From contig CAZTDD010000010.1 of assembly GCA_964612675.1 (NCBI GenBank), positions 12,187 to 76,186 on the forward strand: DNA of 64,000 bases, read 5' to 3'. Each line of letters begins with the position of its first letter. The first letter of the stretch is position 1. Both the position numbers and the translations under genes were made by a program. Below are positions 49,688-59,245 of the stretch, one piece after another. Source of the DNA: an uncultured bacterium. GTDB taxonomy: Bacteria > Hinthialibacterota > Hinthialibacteria > Hinthialibacterales > JAKPRU01. The notes beneath the pieces are model-generated. The model was not told the origin of the DNA. It was given only the letters and a program-made list of their open reading frames with translations, and did not search any database.

Positions 49688-51124
49688 ATGGGAGAAGATA
49701 CCGGGGAGAACCCAAATGTTATTCCTGTATCGTACGCGCAATTGTTTGATGCGATCCCGTCCTACATATCGATTCAAGATCGGAATCACCGAATCATCTA
49801 CGTAAACCAACGATTCAAAGAACGTTTTGATTGCCGTGTCGGACACTCCTGTCATGTCGCCTGCAAACAGCAAGACGAGGTTTGTTCCGAATGCCCGGTT
49901 GACAAGTCGTTCGCGGATGGAGACGTTCATGAAATAGAGGATACCTTGTGGGATCGCTGGGGAGCTCCGGTTGACGTTCTTACTCGCACGAGCCCTGTTC
50001 GCTCTTCCAACGGTGGGATTGTCGCGGTTATGAAAGTCTCTACCGATATCACGGAGCGGAAAGATCTCGAGCGGCGTCTGGCCCGAAGCCGTGAACAGTA
50101 CAAAGGCCTCTTTGACTCCGTCCCTTGCTACATTTCGGTTCAAGACAGGGCCTTCCGGATCTTTGAGGCGAACGATCGTTTTGAACAGGAATTCGGCGAC
50201 TGTCTCGGTGCTCGTTGCCACAGAGTATGCAAACGACGCGAAGAGCCTTGTAGTTTCTGCCCTGTCGCGCAGACATTCGGAGACGGACGCGTTCATTCCA
50301 GCGAAGAAGAGATGGTGACCCAAAGAGGAGAATCGAGAAACCTGATTGTTTACACAGCGCCGATCGTCGATGCCGGTGGAAATGTCACCAAAGTGATGAA
50401 GATGTCCGTTGATATTACGGATGTCAAAGTCCTTCAACAACATCTGGTTACTTTGGGAGAGATGGTGGCGGCGGTGAGTCACAATATCAAGGATGTTCTT
50501 GGTGGTCTGGGCGGCGGGCTCTATATGGCCAAATCCGGTTTGGAACGCGGAAATAGAAAGCGAATACTCAGCGGCTTGGAGACTGTGGAGAAGAACATGC
50601 GGCGTATTTCCGACCAGGCGCGCGATGTTTTGTACTATACAAAGGAAAGGGTTCCACAGCGCACCGCGATCTCACCTCAGGAATTGATCGATGATGTGCT
50701 GCAGCTGCACCGGGAAACCGCCCAATCGTATGGTATCATCATGGAAGATACAGTCTTGGCTCCGCCCCCTTGTCTTCAAGCCGACCCAGGTGCGCTCCAA
50801 CTCGCCTTGAGCAATTTGGTCGCCAACGCGGTTGACGCCTGTAGGATGGATCAAACGAAGTCCGGCCATCGTGTAGAAATCAATGTGACGACGGAGAAGG
50901 GCGATGTCCTCTTCGAAGTGTCCGATAACGCCGGAGGGATACCGGACGAAGTCAAACCGCAGATCTTTGAAAGATTCTTCTCAACGAAGGGAGTCGAGGG
51001 AACGGGGATGGGGCTCCTGGTTGTCCAGAAGATTGTCCATGAGCATGGAGGCACCGTTTCCTGCCGATCGGAATCGGGAGAGGGCAGCACGTTCGTAATA
51101 CGTTTACCCCTTTCGATGCCTTGA
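49688..51124 (+). CDS. Cytoplasmic histidine kinase with two Cys-rich PAS domains
   Basis: Two PAS repeats (CHVACKQQDEVCSECPV, CHRVCKRREEPCSFCPV); SHNIK, NLVANAVDA, DNAGGI, FFSTKG..GTGMGL; no TM helix. Confidence 0.92.
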   Translation: MGEDTGENPNVIPVSYAQLFDAIPSYISIQDRNHRIIYVNQRFKERFDCRVGHSCHVACKQQDEVCSECPVDKSFADGDVHEIEDTLWDRWGAPVDVLTRTSPVRSSNGGIVAVMKVSTDITERKDLERRLARSREQYKGLFDSVPCYISVQDRAFRIFEANDRFEQEFGDCLGARCHRVCKRREEPCSFCPVAQTFGDGRVHSSEEEMVTQRGESRNLIVYTAPIVDAGGNVTKVMKMSVDITDVKVLQQHLVTLGEMVAAVSHNIKDVLGGLGGGLYMAKSGLERGNRKRILSGLETVEKNMRRISDQARDVLYYTKERVPQRTAISPQELIDDVLQLHRETAQSYGIIMEDTVLAPPPCLQADPGALQLALSNLVANAVDACRMDQTKSGHRVEINVTTEKGDVLFEVSDNAGGIPDEVKPQIFERFFSTKGVEGTGMGLLVVQKIVHEHGGTVSCRSESGEGSTFVIRLPLSMP

Positions 51125-51195
51125 GATGTGGCTTCGAAGAGTCTGGGGCGGCGGCATGTTGGATTGAAGGAAGCATGCGAATCTACTTTGTGTCT

Positions 51196-51254
51196 CGCTA
51201 ATCTACTCTGTTTGTCTCCGCCCCAGGACCGCAAACAACAAGAAAACGTTACGC
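51196..51254. repeat. 59-bp attC-like direct repeat, copy 1
   Basis: CGCTAAT-5-CTGTTTGT-19-ACAACAA-6-GTTACGC; 49/59 identical to copy 2. Confidence 0.55.
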
Positions 51255-51297
51255 CGCTCGTGAGACGCACGCACGGTGTTCGATGGCATAATGCTTA

Positions 51298-52008
51298 TTA
51301 GGGATTTCCAAGCGCGGGGACTATAACAGGTATTTCCCGATGAGAAGGGAAGCGACCGCAACGATCAAGCCTATTACTATCTGCCAGACAAGATTCTTCC
51401 TGCGGGCTGTACGCTCTTTTCTCCTTCTTGTGATTCTCTATGTTTGCTTCCTCCTCTTTCTTCTGGCATTCATCAAGAGCAGGAATGTGGTTGTACATTT
51501 CTACAAGCGAGTCACGGAGATCGGAGATTATGTTATTGTACGTTCTCACCTCCTCCAGAAGTTCATCCTGTTTAGATTTCGATATGTCTTTTTTCCCACG
51601 TACTTCAGCAACCTTCGCGCACAACTCCGTCACCTTTGGGCGGATGTGCTCGTAATAATCCGGGAATGCCGCAGTGAGGACTTGATTCGAATACACGCTT
51701 ACTGACTTCGTGATGGTTTCTCGGAAGACAATAGAGAGACGGTCAGCGCAGTCAAAGAATGCCCGATATTCATGACCAAGTGCCTTATCGTAGTTCCCCC
51801 GTATGTAACCTTCGTTTTTCTGCTCATCGACGTCCAGAACCCCAAGCTCTTTAGAGCGCGCTCTAATGATATGTTCAAGAGCGTCTCTTTGCTCCTTCAT
51901 CGGTTGAAGGAAGGTTCGATGCTTTGGGTCGTATTCCTCCCCAAGTAACATAAGATCCTTGGCATATTGATGGATTTCTATGATGCGACGCCAAGTTTCC
52001 TCAGACAC
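51298..52008 (-). CDS. Hypothetical alpha-helical protein, probably frameshifted near the 3' end (alternative frame gives a C-terminal TM helix ending at 51321)
   Basis: 236-aa AT-rich ORF; shifted frame reads KERTARRKNLVWQIVIGLIVAVASLLIGKYLL*. Confidence 0.65.
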   Translation of the reverse strand: MSEETWRRIIEIHQYAKDLMLLGEEYDPKHRTFLQPMKEQRDALEHIIRARSKELGVLDVDEQKNEGYIRGNYDKALGHEYRAFFDCADRLSIVFRETITKSVSVYSNQVLTAAFPDYYEHIRPKVTELCAKVAEVRGKKDISKSKQDELLEEVRTYNNIISDLRDSLVEMYNHIPALDECQKKEEEANIENHKKEKRAYSPQEESCLADSNRLDRCGRFPSHREIPVIVPALGNP

Positions 52009-52069
52009 AGAAAACTTTTCCCCCTCAAATTGCTTTTATAGCGCACAAATCGGGAGACTCCTAGGATAC

Positions 52070-52279
52070 CTAGGGTAATGGGATATTCAGGACTCTATTG
52101 CGATGCTCTTCGTATTCCTGGTCAGTTTCAAATCTCCCCTCCGACAGGCGTACCGATCCTCTGAAACGCACAGACTCCTGCATGGTTGTTTCGCGGGTCT
52201 GCTCAGTGATAGGCCCAATCCTTGGTAGATCAACGTTAATTAAGTCCTTCCAGTCATCGCCTGTCTTTAGCGTTGACAT
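52070..52279 (-). CDS. Small hypothetical protein
   Basis: 69-aa ORF with purine-rich RBS and upstream TATAAT; co-oriented with the 236-aa gene. Confidence 0.6.
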   Translation of the reverse strand: MSTLKTGDDWKDLINVDLPRIGPITEQTRETTMQESVRFRGSVRLSEGRFETDQEYEEHRNRVLNIPLP

Positions 52280-52461
52280 GATAAATTTACCCCTTTCGCC
52301 GGATCATTATAAAACAGTTTCCTTGTCGCCACGCTTCTTTAGGCAATTCAGGCAACTCAAATGAGAATAATGACTCGTCTTTTTCGCTTGCTGCTACACA
52401 GAGACTCCTTTTGTATGTCAGTGTATCTCAGTGTATGGCACTGTACGCCCCTTGTCAATCC

Positions 52462-52520
52462 CGCGAACCTGCTCTGTTTGTCTCCGCCCCGGGGCCGCAA
52501 ACAACAAAGATCCGTTACAC
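52462..52520. repeat. 59-bp attC-like direct repeat, copy 2
   Basis: CGCGAAC-5-CTGTTTGT-19-ACAACAA-6-GTTACAC. Confidence 0.6.
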
Positions 52521-52613
52521 CGCTCGTCGCGAACCCGCTGGACGGTGTAAGAGAATGAGTCAAGGTGTTCAGAAACTAGGTGCGCGGGGGCTTATTTGAC
52601 TGGTATGTGATGG

Positions 52614-52796
52614 CTATTTGACTTCCCGCTCAGGCAGGGCCGCAAACGTCAGCGAATCCACGGCACGGCGGAGGCTCCGGTCTCCCGCCATTTGAACGTA
52701 GATCTCCGATGTTCGAACGCTCGAATGCCGCATGAGCATCTGGATCTCGAAGGCCGTGCAATCCTTTCGGGCAAATACCAGTTGGAGGGTCGACGC
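52614..52796 (-). pseudogene. C-terminal remnant of a tyrosine recombinase/integrase
   Basis: Stop-to-stop frame reads ...ARKDCTAFEIQMLMRHSSVRTSEIYVQ..., matching box II (IQ.L(L/M)(G/R)H.S...T..Y); no HxxR or N-terminus. Confidence 0.7.
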
Positions 52797-52828
52797 TTAG
52801 CGTACCGGCGACAAAGGATGAGAGAGAG

Positions 52829-52901
52829 CAGGCGTGGAGGGACTCGAACCCCCAACCGCTTGATTTGGAGTCAAGTGCTCTGCCAATTGAGCCACACGCC
52901 T
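52829..52901 (-). tRNA. trnW: tRNA-Trp (CCA)
   Basis: AGGCGTG acceptor stem, CTTGA-CT CCA AA-TCAAG anticodon arm, GGTTCGAGTCC T-loop; 3' CCA not encoded. Confidence 0.95.
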
Positions 52902-52914
52902 GTGGGGAGCTAGT

Positions 52915-52943
52915 AATCTACCACCAGATCGCCACACGGGCAA
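52915..52943 (-). promoter_or_regulatory. Sigma70 promoter for tRNA-Trp
   Basis: Minus strand TTGCCC-17-TAGATT. Confidence 0.55.
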
Positions 52944-53317
52944 GAATTCGTGCCACCTATGGGCCACCTACTGTTGCGCTGCTTGCGACCTGAGCAAAAC
53001 CACACTTTTGCTCCGACAACACGCCAACTCTTGGATTTACGGATAGATGTGTAGAGAGATGAACTTTGTTTTGAGGACAATCTATCACCCTGAATCCGAC
53101 AGTAGCGCTCGGGTTTTTCCTGGGCGATTTGATTTGTCCGAGATAAACTCGGACGCCCGTTGGGCGAGTTTGTCATATGCTCCATCTACTGTCATTACAA
53201 CCAGTTAACGCTCTGTCTCTACTTCGAACTGCCGTTTTTAGAATCACTTACTTTGCTGTCCGGCGGAGAGACTATTTCTCCTCAGGGCACTAAGGACAAT
53301 GGACTCGAGCGCCTTGT

Positions 53318-53346
53318 TTGCATTTCGCAACAGGGGCCGTTAGAAT
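53318..53346 (+). promoter_or_regulatory. Sigma70 promoter for tRNA-Leu
   Basis: TTGCAT-17-TAGAAT. Confidence 0.6.
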
Positions 53347-53357
53347 TGCAAACGCAA

Positions 53358-53443
<86 letters not shown>

Positions 53444-53494
53444 GGACGAGCCGGTGCACGCATTTCCACGTCGAAACAGCCCGTTGCGCTCGCT

Positions 53495-55030
53495 TTACTC
53501 CCTTCGACCTGCCCCGTTTTCCACCGCGATCTTCGGCCAGATCTCCAGGAAAAACGCAAGGCAACAAAGAAGAATGAAACTGACCAGCATCCCGACCCCG
53601 GTCATCATGGTTCGCTTCGGGAAAACCCGCTTGTCCGGCATGACCGCGGTTCCTCCTTGGACATCCGCAAAACGTTGGCCTTCCTCCATTCCTCCGATCA
53701 ACATCGCCGCCTGTTGCAGCTGTCTCTCATGCGCGGCAGCTTGATTCTCGAGTTGCTCGATTTCGCGCTGGATGGCAATCATTTTGGTGTCGGCCGCTCC
53801 GACCTGCTTGCGGAGTTCATCAATCTCTGAAAGCAGACTGGTGGCGAGGTCCTGCAATCCCTCGCGAATGGTCTGCTGCCGGTTCCAATGTTCCTGGTAG
53901 TTTTCCTCGCGCATCCCCACCGGCAATCGTTCGAGTTGAGCGATCTCAGTTTCTACCTCGATCAATCGCGGCAGGATCGCCTCCCCGAAGTTCTCCTGCA
54001 TTTGGAACTGGGAGAGGGATTCTTTTCGAAGATGTTCGGTAAGGAAAGGAAGATCTTCATCTTCCAGATTCAACTCGTTTAGTTTTTCGGCCCACACCGC
54101 TTCCGTTTCCGCGACCCCATAGAGGAGCATTCGCTTGGCGGCAAGTTTTGCTTTCAGATCCTGTAGTCCGGAATTCGCACAGAGATCGCGTAACTTCTCA
54201 TAGGCTTGGTTTAGTCGGCTCGTGAGTTCCTCCCCGTGCCGGTTTACCTGTCCGGTTCTCGACAGAATCTCATTCCGGGCGATTTCCTCCGCCCGGTCAA
54301 GGAACGAGCGCACCCAGACATTTGTGATCATCTGTGCGCTCGACGCGGTGTCAAACTCTCCGTACACATCGATGATTTGAGAGTAAATGGTTTCCAGATT
54401 GGTTTCTTTGACCTTTGTGACGGACGCACGAAGCATTTCGCGTAGATCGAAAAGCGTCAGGTCACTGAGTTCGTCATCGTCCAATTCGTAGACCGCCTGG
54501 ATTTCGCCGGCGCTCATGAATCCCAGGATTCGCAGCCGCTGGACGCGCTCGTCAAGAAGGTTGTTGATCGCTTCTCCCGGTTTGTGGAGCTCTTCCGCAT
54601 CTTCGTAGATCACACGCGCCAGCTTGGGAATATTCGTCCGTTGGATCAGAAGAAACGGCTGGATTTCTCCCTCCTGTAAGTCGAGGTTTTCCAATAGGAT
54701 CTCTTTCTTAGTGGGATTCTCCAAAACGTCGTAAAGGGATTCGTGCAACCAGCGCAGCCTGTCCAAAACCGTTGACAACATCGACTGATCGACGAGCAGG
54801 CTGCGGTAGGTGAGCACGTCCAAGGGACGTGAAAGGAGTGTGATCTGTTCCTTGAATTTCGGGGTTGTGACGAGGATGTGGCTTTCGGCGCGCCAGGTTT
54901 GCGGCCAGAGCAGGCTGGCGACCGCCACTGCGACAGTTGCGATGAACGTTCCCGTGACGATCATTCTTCGGCGCCGGTACAGTATGCGCAACGAACTGGT
55001 CAAATCGTAGCTGGACGGTTGTGTATTCAT
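53495..55030 (-). CDS. Wzz/GumC-like polysaccharide co-polymerase (chain-length determinant)
   Basis: DL...LRILYRRR + TM, WRAES, long coiled coil, AVMPDKRVFPKR + C-terminal TM. Confidence 0.8.
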   Translation of the reverse strand: MNTQPSSYDLTSSLRILYRRRRMIVTGTFIATVAVAVASLLWPQTWRAESHILVTTPKFKEQITLLSRPLDVLTYRSLLVDQSMLSTVLDRLRWLHESLYDVLENPTKKEILLENLDLQEGEIQPFLLIQRTNIPKLARVIYEDAEELHKPGEAINNLLDERVQRLRILGFMSAGEIQAVYELDDDELSDLTLFDLREMLRASVTKVKETNLETIYSQIIDVYGEFDTASSAQMITNVWVRSFLDRAEEIARNEILSRTGQVNRHGEELTSRLNQAYEKLRDLCANSGLQDLKAKLAAKRMLLYGVAETEAVWAEKLNELNLEDEDLPFLTEHLRKESLSQFQMQENFGEAILPRLIEVETEIAQLERLPVGMREENYQEHWNRQQTIREGLQDLATSLLSEIDELRKQVGAADTKMIAIQREIEQLENQAAAHERQLQQAAMLIGGMEEGQRFADVQGGTAVMPDKRVFPKRTMMTGVGMLVSFILLCCLAFFLEIWPKIAVENGAGRRE

Positions 55031-55213
55031 GGTTCTCCCGAGACAAAGAGCGTTCTGATCCGTTTGTGAATGATGCGTGGTGTCCGAACTCCCGTCAAGC
55101 GGGCGTTGATCTGTCTGTCCAGCGTCGCCGTTGACACAGGGAGGTTCCGCAGATAGCGTCCAAGGTCTTTCCGACACCGAGAATCTTCGATTTCCTATTG
55201 ACGAGGCCGGTTC

Positions 55214-56737
55214 GTGGCAGGTCCAAATGCAGACGGTTCAACCAACTCGACGTCACCAATGAAGGCCCGTCCGGACCTCACCGGGCTCTTGTTGTTATTG
55301 CCGTTCCTCTGCGCGATTCCCTTTCTGGCCAACCGGCCCAAGATTCTACTCGGTTTGTTAGGGGCCACGGTTCTTGTCGTGGGACTCGCTTTTCTCCGGG
55401 AATGGTTGATTCTCGTTTTCTATGCACTGATTGCGTTCTCTGTGGAGATCGATTTCGGCGGTGGCAAGCATGCCATCACGCTGCCCACGGAAGCATTGAT
55501 TCCCGTTCTTGTGATCACAACCGTACTGGCGGTACTGGTATCGGGCCGGTTCCGTTATGTCCGGTCACCGCTCAATGTGGCGGTCGGTCTCTACGTGTTG
55601 GTAATCTACGCCTCGTTTCTCATCACTCGCGAACCGGTCAGCAGTATCAAGGCTTTGGTGCGAGATACCGGCTATATTTTCGCTGGTTACGTTCTGTTAC
55701 AGCGGTTTGTGACCGATCGGCGTCGACTGGTCATTCTGCTGGTCTCGTGTGGAGCGATCCAGACGCTTCTTGTCTTGTACGGCTTCGGTACGCAAGCTGT
55801 GGGCGGTATCCGCATCTATGACGATATTGCGTATCCCTTTTTTGAGAACCATTGCATTTACGCCGCATACCTTGTTTCGACCTTGGCTTTCCTGACGGCG
55901 TTTGGGCTGGGCTACTTACGAGGTACGAAGGGAACTGTTGTGAACGTCCTTGCTCTGATGTTCGCCGGGGCGGTCGTGTTGACATTCGTTCGTGCCGCCT
56001 GGATCAGCATCGCTTTCATGCTGCTCTATTTCTTGCTTCGCTTCCGTGGGAAGGAGGGAAGCGTCAATTTGCTGTTGACGTTCTTGATCTTGGACCTTCT
56101 AGCGGTAGCGGTCATCTTGGGTACGGATGTCGGTCAGCTGTTTGTGGAACGGTTCCAAACCATTGGCGACACCCGCTACGTGGCCAACTACGATCGCCTG
56201 GACCGATGGCTTGCGGCACTCAATATGTGGCGGGACGAGCCGATTTACGGCATGGGGTACGGAGCCTATCCTGACGTGTATTGGGATTACGTTGTTTATT
56301 CTCAAGCGTACTCCACCGATATGCGTATGGGGGCGCATAATCTGTACTTTGAGATCATGGCGGAGACGGGCGTGATCGGGTTGAGTATTTTTCTGTTGAT
56401 GATCTACATGTTCTTCCGTGAGGCGACCGTGCACGATCCCGGCGACCGGGATTTGCTGATCTCCTGTACGTTGGCCGGAGCTAAGGGAGCCATGATCGCG
56501 TTTTTGATCCACGTGTTCTTCAATAATCTTGGTCCTTCGGACAAGATTGGTATCAGTTTCTGGTTATTGCTATCGCTGGTCCCGTGCTGCGTGCGATTGG
56601 CCGAGCAGTCGCTTGGGGAGGGATGGAACCGTCGGAAGCGGGATTTACTTGTGCCCGATTCGGGTCCGGAGATGGGATCGACAAGCCTGGACGCGAACCA
56701 GGCGAAGTCAGAGTTCACCGGTCAACAGAGCGAATAG
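55214..56737 (+). CDS. O-antigen ligase/Wzy_C family protein
   Basis: LTFVRAAW, RLDRWLAALNM....PIYGMGYG, AHNLYFEIMAETGVIG; start uncertain. Confidence 0.88.
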   Translation: MAGPNADGSTNSTSPMKARPDLTGLLLLLPFLCAIPFLANRPKILLGLLGATVLVVGLAFLREWLILVFYALIAFSVEIDFGGGKHAITLPTEALIPVLVITTVLAVLVSGRFRYVRSPLNVAVGLYVLVIYASFLITREPVSSIKALVRDTGYIFAGYVLLQRFVTDRRRLVILLVSCGAIQTLLVLYGFGTQAVGGIRIYDDIAYPFFENHCIYAAYLVSTLAFLTAFGLGYLRGTKGTVVNVLALMFAGAVVLTFVRAAWISIAFMLLYFLLRFRGKEGSVNLLLTFLILDLLAVAVILGTDVGQLFVERFQTIGDTRYVANYDRLDRWLAALNMWRDEPIYGMGYGAYPDVYWDYVVYSQAYSTDMRMGAHNLYFEIMAETGVIGLSIFLLMIYMFFREATVHDPGDRDLLISCTLAGAKGAMIAFLIHVFFNNLGPSDKIGISFWLLLSLVPCCVRLAEQSLGEGWNRRKRDLLVPDSGPEMGSTSLDANQAKSEFTGQQSE

Positions 56738-57553
56738 AAACATCGCCGGAGCGGTCCAAAGCAGCGAATCCAACATATCGAGGATGCCGCCATGGCCCGT
56801 GGCGGTGGAGATACTGCCGGAATCCTTGAGCCCCGCATCGCGTTTGAGCATGGATTCCACCAAATCCCCTAGTTGAGCCAACACTGCGATTACGAGAGTC
56901 AACAACGTGATTCCAAGCCAGGCTTTCGGCGAACTGTCCATCCAGAACAGGCTGCCGGGTTGCGCCCACGCGGACTGTACCGCCCCGCAAATTGCGACCG
57001 ATAAAACCGCGAAAACGAGTCCGCCGACGGCCCCCTCCACAGTCTTCTTGGGGCTCAAAGACGGCACGAGGGAGTGACGGCCGAACATCGAGCCCACATA
57101 CAGGCCTCCTGTGTCGGTAAAACTGGATACCAAGATGACAAAAATGGTTAGTGCAGCTCCGTTCGGCGCCTGCCGCAAGGCCACGACGGACGCCATAGGC
57201 GCACACACATAGAGGATCACAATGTACGCCGAACCGAGCCGTAATCGGCCGTTATACCAGCCGGTAGCGATGATGAGAACAGCCACAAGCCACGACCCCA
57301 CGGCAGTCAGACAAACAGCCAAAACAGCCGACTGCAGATAGGCCGACACCAGAAGTCCCCAGCCGATTAGAAGACATCCCCAGAAAAGAGTCTTCCAGGA
57401 CGGACCGACGAGGATTCTCCACAGCTCCCGTACCGCCAGTGTCATGAATACCCCCACAAGCAGAAAGGTGAGCTCGGGGCCGTATCGATGAAATGCGGCG
57501 ACAAGGACAATGGGGATCAGCCCCAAACCGGTCAGTAATCGGCGCTGGTGCAT
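56708..57553 (-). CDS. cdsA: Phosphatidate cytidylyltransferase
   Basis: DTGGLYVG, SPKKTVEG, GDLVESMLKRDAGLKDSG, GHGGILD.LDS. Confidence 0.95.
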   Translation of the reverse strand: MHQRRLLTGLGLIPIVLVAAFHRYGPELTFLLVGVFMTLAVRELWRILVGPSWKTLFWGCLLIGWGLLVSAYLQSAVLAVCLTAVGSWLVAVLIIATGWYNGRLRLGSAYIVILYVCAPMASVVALRQAPNGAALTIFVILVSSFTDTGGLYVGSMFGRHSLVPSLSPKKTVEGAVGGLVFAVLSVAICGAVQSAWAQPGSLFWMDSSPKAWLGITLLTLVIAVLAQLGDLVESMLKRDAGLKDSGSISTATGHGGILDMLDSLLWTAPAMFLFALLTGEL

Positions 57554-57614
57554 AGATGTATTCTGTGCGTCCTAGAGACGGTTTTGGCTCGGACGAAGTC
57601 TTCCTGCGTCGAGA

Positions 57615-58946
57615 CTATTCAGGCAGCGGTTTTCCTTTCGTCTCCGGCGAGAAGTAGATCACAATCAGCCCGAGGAGATAGACGCAGGCCATGACCATCG
57701 CGCCGCGCTGGAAGCCGGTGCTGCCTTCGCCCATGAGTCCCGCCAGGGTGCCGGCAACCAAATTCCCGACCCCCGCAAGGACACGGCCAATGTTGTAACA
57801 GAAGCCTTCTCCGGTGGCACGAATTCGCGTTGGGAATAACTCCGGAATGTACAGTGGAAGCCATCCAAAGAACGCTGTCACCCACAGCCCTGCGAATACA
57901 CCCCACAGACACATGGACCATCCGAACTCGGTGTGTAGGCCGTACAACGCCTCGACTGAAATCCAAGCCAGCACGCAGAGCAACGCATAGGAAGCGCGAC
58001 GGCTGATCCAATATCCGACGACACCGCCGAGGACTCCGCCGATGATTTGTCCGTAGCCCTGCCATATCGCGATGGTCGGATAGGCGGTCGGGTTGTCCGG
58101 CGCAAGACTGTGAACGTATGTTGCCAACCAGAGAAACGAGCCCCACGTTCCCAAGAGAGCGATGGTCGAGAGAAGCGAGGCACAGATCGTGGAGCGCCGA
58201 AACTCGGGTGAGAAGATTTCCCTCAGCGACGAAGCTTCTTTCTTCTCCTCCTGGGATTTTACCCAGCGCGGGGGTTCCTTTACGAAGATTCGGATAAAAA
58301 TGGCGATGAACGCGGGTGTGATTCCGACCAGCAGAACCCAACGCCACACTTCGCCGGGGCCTTCGACGGCGATCAGGTATTGAAGCCAACTTCCCTCCAC
58401 ATCGGCGATGCCGGTGATCCACCGGCAGATTGTGGCCCCCAGCCAAAACCCGACGTTGGCGGAACTGCCGATGAGCCCGGCGAGAAGCGGACGGTTTTTC
58501 TCGGGCCAGGTTTCCATGACGAGGGCGACTCCGGCGCCCCATTCACCGCCCATGCCCATCGCGCCCAAGAAGCGGCAGATTGCGAGTTGCTGCCAGTTTT
58601 GCGCCCACGCCGAGAGGGCCGTGAATCCGGCATACACGAAAACCGTAATCATCAAGGTTTGAACGCGGCCGAGTTTGTCACCCATGCGGCCGAAAATGAT
58701 CCCTCCGAGGGCTGCGCCCCAGAGAAACAAGGCCATTGTTAGGCCGATGATCTGCTTTACTTCTTCATCGCTTTTCCCGTGCATCAGATCGACGAGAGCC
58801 GGGCGGGCGATCACGCCGTACATACTCATCTCCATGCCGTCGAACATCCAACCCAGCAGCGCTGCGGCGAGTGCCAGCCACATTTGTGTTTTTGAAACGG
58901 TCGTGTCGGATGAAGGAGCAGTCGTACCACCTGGCGCTTCACTCAT
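57615..58946 (-). CDS. MFS transporter
   Basis: GWMFDGME, FGRMGDKLGR, GMGGEW, ETWP, PELFPTRIRATG, PETKG. Confidence 0.93.
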   Translation of the reverse strand: MSEAPGGTTAPSSDTTVSKTQMWLALAAALLGWMFDGMEMSMYGVIARPALVDLMHGKSDEEVKQIIGLTMALFLWGAALGGIIFGRMGDKLGRVQTLMITVFVYAGFTALSAWAQNWQQLAICRFLGAMGMGGEWGAGVALVMETWPEKNRPLLAGLIGSSANVGFWLGATICRWITGIADVEGSWLQYLIAVEGPGEVWRWVLLVGITPAFIAIFIRIFVKEPPRWVKSQEEKKEASSLREIFSPEFRRSTICASLLSTIALLGTWGSFLWLATYVHSLAPDNPTAYPTIAIWQGYGQIIGGVLGGVVGYWISRRASYALLCVLAWISVEALYGLHTEFGWSMCLWGVFAGLWVTAFFGWLPLYIPELFPTRIRATGEGFCYNIGRVLAGVGNLVAGTLAGLMGEGSTGFQRGAMVMACVYLLGLIVIYFSPETKGKPLPE

Positions 58947-59245
58947 AATCCACCCCGTGTCGAATAGTATGGTATGAGGTCTCGGGTTACCCGGCCGGGA
59001 GATACTGAAGCCGACCTGACGGGATCCGCACCCGAAAACCGGAGGTGCCCGAGTGAAACAGGCGAACGACTCGGGGTCAAGGTCGGTGCGCGGTTTGAGA
59101 ATGCCGTACGTCTTGCCACAGACGCCAGAATTCTCCGCCGGGAAAGTGGTGCCGAGAGTTGGCGGTTCCGTGTGCTTCATGGTTCAATAGAGCACGTGCC
59201 TGAGAGAAGCGCTTTCAGTGAATAGTAGGTGCAGTCCGAGCCGCG

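Noticed and set aside
52614-52659. Possible third degenerate copy of the attC-like repeat (tttg...ggccgcaaac...atcc)
   Set aside because: Lacks AAC/GTT boxes and overlaps the integrase-remnant coding tail; similarity may be chance
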